From Iphione sp. A-MEVVRFRX5 (taxonomy: Eukaryota): a stretch of DNA of 64,000 nucleotides. The notes beneath the pieces were generated by a model. The model was not told the DNA's origin and did no database searches. It worked only from the letters and a program-made list of their open reading frames with translations. The position numbers were made by a program, and so were the translations under genes. The stretch is from positions 68,696,001-68,760,000 of the forward strand of contig OZ320313.1 of the NCBI GenBank assembly GCA_976226885.1. Reading direction: 5' to 3'. Below are positions 61,505-64,000 of this stretch, piece by piece (position 1 is the stretch's first letter; every line of letters starts with the position of its first letter).

Positions 61505-62226
61505 CTTCTCCTGTTCCTCTTTTCAGATCTCAGCCCCCGGATCCGTACTATCGGTTTATTGATGTGGGCACCCCTGGGCCTACGATAAGGGTGTATGGGT
61601 TGCATCCCATGTCCACCCATCCGCTGTACATCCCGGCTCCGGGCAACATTCGGTTGTATGGCCCGGATCATTGGGTGGGCATCTCTGTGCACCCGGTGAT
61701 CCAGCCAGTTCTGCCCCACAGCGACGATCCTCTGTGGTCCCGCCAGGACTCGGTATCTCCCGACCTCGGTTTGGGAGAAGTATCCAGCTACCTCGCCTCC
61801 CTCGACAACATCGAATCCAGCCACACCGATGAGGACGACTGGTCTCATTGTTCGATGACCTCCAGTCAGCTGGACCCCTGGCCCTCCTCGAACTCTGACG
61901 TCAGCGCCTCGCCCTCATATAGCTGTTCTAGTGGTGTGGCCTCGTTCACCGAGGTTGATTCTACGAGCACTTCCTCCTCCGCCACCTGTCCTCGGTCGCC
62001 CTCCCCGGAGGACACGAGCTCGCCGGTGGACACGCCATCCCGCTCGCCTGCCCCATCCAGTTCTCCTGATGTGGGGCCAGTCCTCGGGCGGGCTCCCCTC
62101 TCCTCCTGGCCGGCCGATTTCCTGTCGTCGTGGTACCCCGACCTGCAGCCCGGGGACCTGGCATGGCATCCCATCCTAATCTCCGACGAGGACGAGGATG
62201 AGGATGCCCCTCCCTCCTCTTCTTAA
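61194..62226 (+). CDS. Spliced antisense accessory gene of the retrotransposon (exons 61194-61327 and 61527-62226; 277 aa, acidic Ser/Pro-rich)
   Basis: AG|GTAGGC donor and a T38 + polypyrimidine + TTTCAG acceptor join two ORFs in frame (..MEDR|SQPPDPYY..). ATTAAA at 62350-62355 followed by a U-rich tract. Confidence 0.65.
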
Positions 62227-62399
62227 GTGGACTTTCCGCTTGACCATCTGTACATAGACTCATCCCGCGACCGTAACTTGTGTATATATGACTTTCATCG
62301 TCCGCCACTCGCAGTTGCTACCCACTTCGTTCCATTGTTGGTGTTTTGAATTAAAATTTGTTCATAGTTCAACTGCCTCTCCGTCTTTCCTTTGTTCTA

Positions 62400-62560
62400 G
62401 CACGGCCCGCCCAGAGGACAAGGACCGCAGCTCGGTTTCCGTCGTCCACCATCCCGAGTGCCTCGCTCCTTCCAGAGGAAAAGGACGGCAACTCGGCCAC
62501 CCCCTCGTCCAGAGGACAAGGACTGCAGCTTGGTCTTCTCTCCCGTCCAGAGGACACATA
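62400..62560. repeat. Short tandem repeat (~55-60 bp, about 3 copies) downstream of integrase
   Basis: Recurrent ccagaggacaaggac(c/t)gcagct. Confidence 0.7.
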
Positions 62561-63122
62561 CCGCAACTAGGCTTCTTCCGCCTGTCGTAATGTTTCCCGG
62601 GGGAATGATACCGACATCATCCTCCGATCTCCCCGCGTCTCTTACATCGAACCGTTTCGAGCTCCACGGCCTCCGGGACGTTCTCTCCCTACCCGTTCCA
62701 CAAACTTTTTGCGCGCTCCAGGGTGTTCGTTTCCCTCGCCAGGCCTTTCGAGCAACTCCAGGAGGTCCGCCCTCCTCCATGAACTTTTGGGCCGGGTAAA
62801 CCCCAGGATGTTCATCCTCCTCCAGGGAATTTCTGAGCGTGACATGCGCTTCCGGGCGTTCCCTAATCGCCCCGCGGACTTTTCGAGTGCTACCAGGGAG
62901 GCCTCCCCTCCCACAGGTCGTTGCCGGTTGATGAACCCTCAGGCCACCTGTGACGCCTCTGGTGGTTATTTCGAGCCTCAGTGGCTCCGGGCCGTCCACC
63001 GCTCCCCACGAACCATTTCGAGCGCAGCCAGGATGTTTGTCCTCCTATCTCCAGACTCATATTTGAGTCTCCAGGACACCCGTCCCGAACGCCTTCTTCG
63101 CCCATCTCCCTATTCCGGCTTC

Positions 63123-64000
63123 CTATACGGAGACCCCGCCACCGCCGTCTGGGGCGGAGAGCTCCGCCTTCTTCCGCCAGGAGATGATCCACCGGGGTAA
63201 TCGTTCCCCGCGATACAACCGTAATCGATTCCGATGTACTACTCTTGGCCTCGCTTGTTTAGAGCGTTGCACAATCAGTCGTTCATCATCCAGAGCTCGG
63301 ATAACTAGCCACGGCCCTGACCAGGGGAAGTGAATCTTCGGGCTTCTCCCTTTTGGTGGCTGTGCCTCATGGAGCCATACCACCGCCCCCACCTTCAAAG
63401 CTTCCCCCTTCATTCTCCGATCATAAGCTCGGGCCTGGGATCGAGCCGCCGTCCTCAGGTTCTTCCGGACTCTACCGTATGCTTCTTGAAGTCGTCGCAA
63501 CATTTCCCCTACCGGGTCAGGTAAGTCTTCCACCTCTGGGTTTTTCGAAGGAAGCCCGTCCATCGCATGCACCGGAAGAGTAACCTCACGTCCGAACATC
63601 AGGTAGTTCGGAGTGTACCCGGTGCTAGCTTGTGGTGAAGCCCTATACGCCATCATGAGAAAAGGGAGTGCGGTGTCCCACTCATCTTGGCTCTCGTGGC
63701 AATGTGCTTTGATCATCTTCCCCAAGGTCCGGAAGCTACGTTCAATGAACCCGTCGCTTTGCGGGTGTCGCGGGGTGGTCCTGGTCTTCTTGATGTGGAG
63801 ATAGTCACAGAGGGCCGTGATGATCTCGCTGCAGAAATTTGTTCCCTGGTCACTGTGCAGCTCGTGGAAACAACCATAGCGAGCGATTACCTCCTCGGCT
63901 AGGACCCGGGCGATCTTTGGGGCTTTCTGGTCTGGTAGGGGGAACGCCTCAAGCCACTTTGTGAAGTGATCCCCCACCATCAGGCTGTAGCGGTTTCCTC
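63123..64000 (-). CDS. Gypsy pol: integrase catalytic core and C-terminus (open to the window edge)
   Basis: GDHFTKWLEAFPL, HSDQGTNF, TTPRHPQSDGFIERSF, WDTALPFLMMAYRASPQASTGYTPNYLMFGRE, WSGPW, VVHRNRL. No stops. Confidence 0.95.
   Translation of the reverse strand, partial: GNRYSLMVGDHFTKWLEAFPLPDQKAPKIARVLAEEVIARYGCFHELHSDQGTNFCSEIITALCDYLHIKKTRTTPRHPQSDGFIERSFRTLGKMIKAHCHESQDEWDTALPFLMMAYRASPQASTGYTPNYLMFGREVTLPVHAMDGLPSKNPEVEDLPDPVGEMLRRLQEAYGRVRKNLRTAARSQARAYDRRMKGEALKVGAVVWLHEAQPPKGRSPKIHFPWSGPWLVIRALDDERLIVQRSKQARPRVVHRNRLRLYRGERLPRWIISWRKKAELSAPDGGGGVSV

Larger units (their letters stand above)
56892..64000 (-). mobile_element. Ty3/Gypsy LTR retrotransposon, 3' part (integrase, accessory region, PPT, 3' LTR), in TONSL intron 8, antisense to the host gene
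   Basis: Uninterrupted integrase ORF; PPT AAGGTGGGGAGAG immediately before TGTAAT at 57896; LTR ends ..AAATTACA at 56892, flanked by ATAT. Confidence 0.92.

Noticed and set aside
62288-63200. Many overlapping 60-200 aa ORFs between integrase and the antisense gene
   Set aside because: GC-rich, repeat-containing sequence with low stop frequency and no recognisable domain.

Overview
Eukaryotic (animal, probably a marine invertebrate) genomic window with no prokaryotic genes, rRNA, tRNA or CRISPR. It has two intron-rich host genes on the + strand. One is a complete SPG7/paraplegin (18 coding exons, 7243-20830, ~800 aa, one GC-AG intron). The other is the 5' part of TONSL (8 coding exons, 38577-56725, continuing beyond the window). 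Nearly all remaining sequence is layered mobile DNA: CR1/L2 and L1/Tx1 LINE fragments, Penelope-like remnants, three decayed Gypsy elements, solo LTRs, a DIRS tyrosine-recombinase retrotransposon and many MITEs. The most notable object is an intact-looking Gypsy element (56892 to beyond 64000, - strand) inside TONSL intron 8. Between its integrase and 3' LTR it carries two divergent accessory genes: a sense 525-aa tandem C2H2 zinc-finger ORF, and an antisense gene with its own TATA/Inr, intron and polyA signal that encodes an acidic Ser/Pro-rich protein ending in a SUMO-interacting-like motif. A 14-bp palindrome, CTG(T/C)GG-NN-CC(A/G)CAG, occurs 10 times in the LTR and 10 times between the two accessory genes. 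This suggests a self-regulating 'complex' retrotransposon (inference). A second highlight is a ~400-bp inverted repeat pair at 4.5-5.6 kb with a hammerhead-ribozyme core in each arm.
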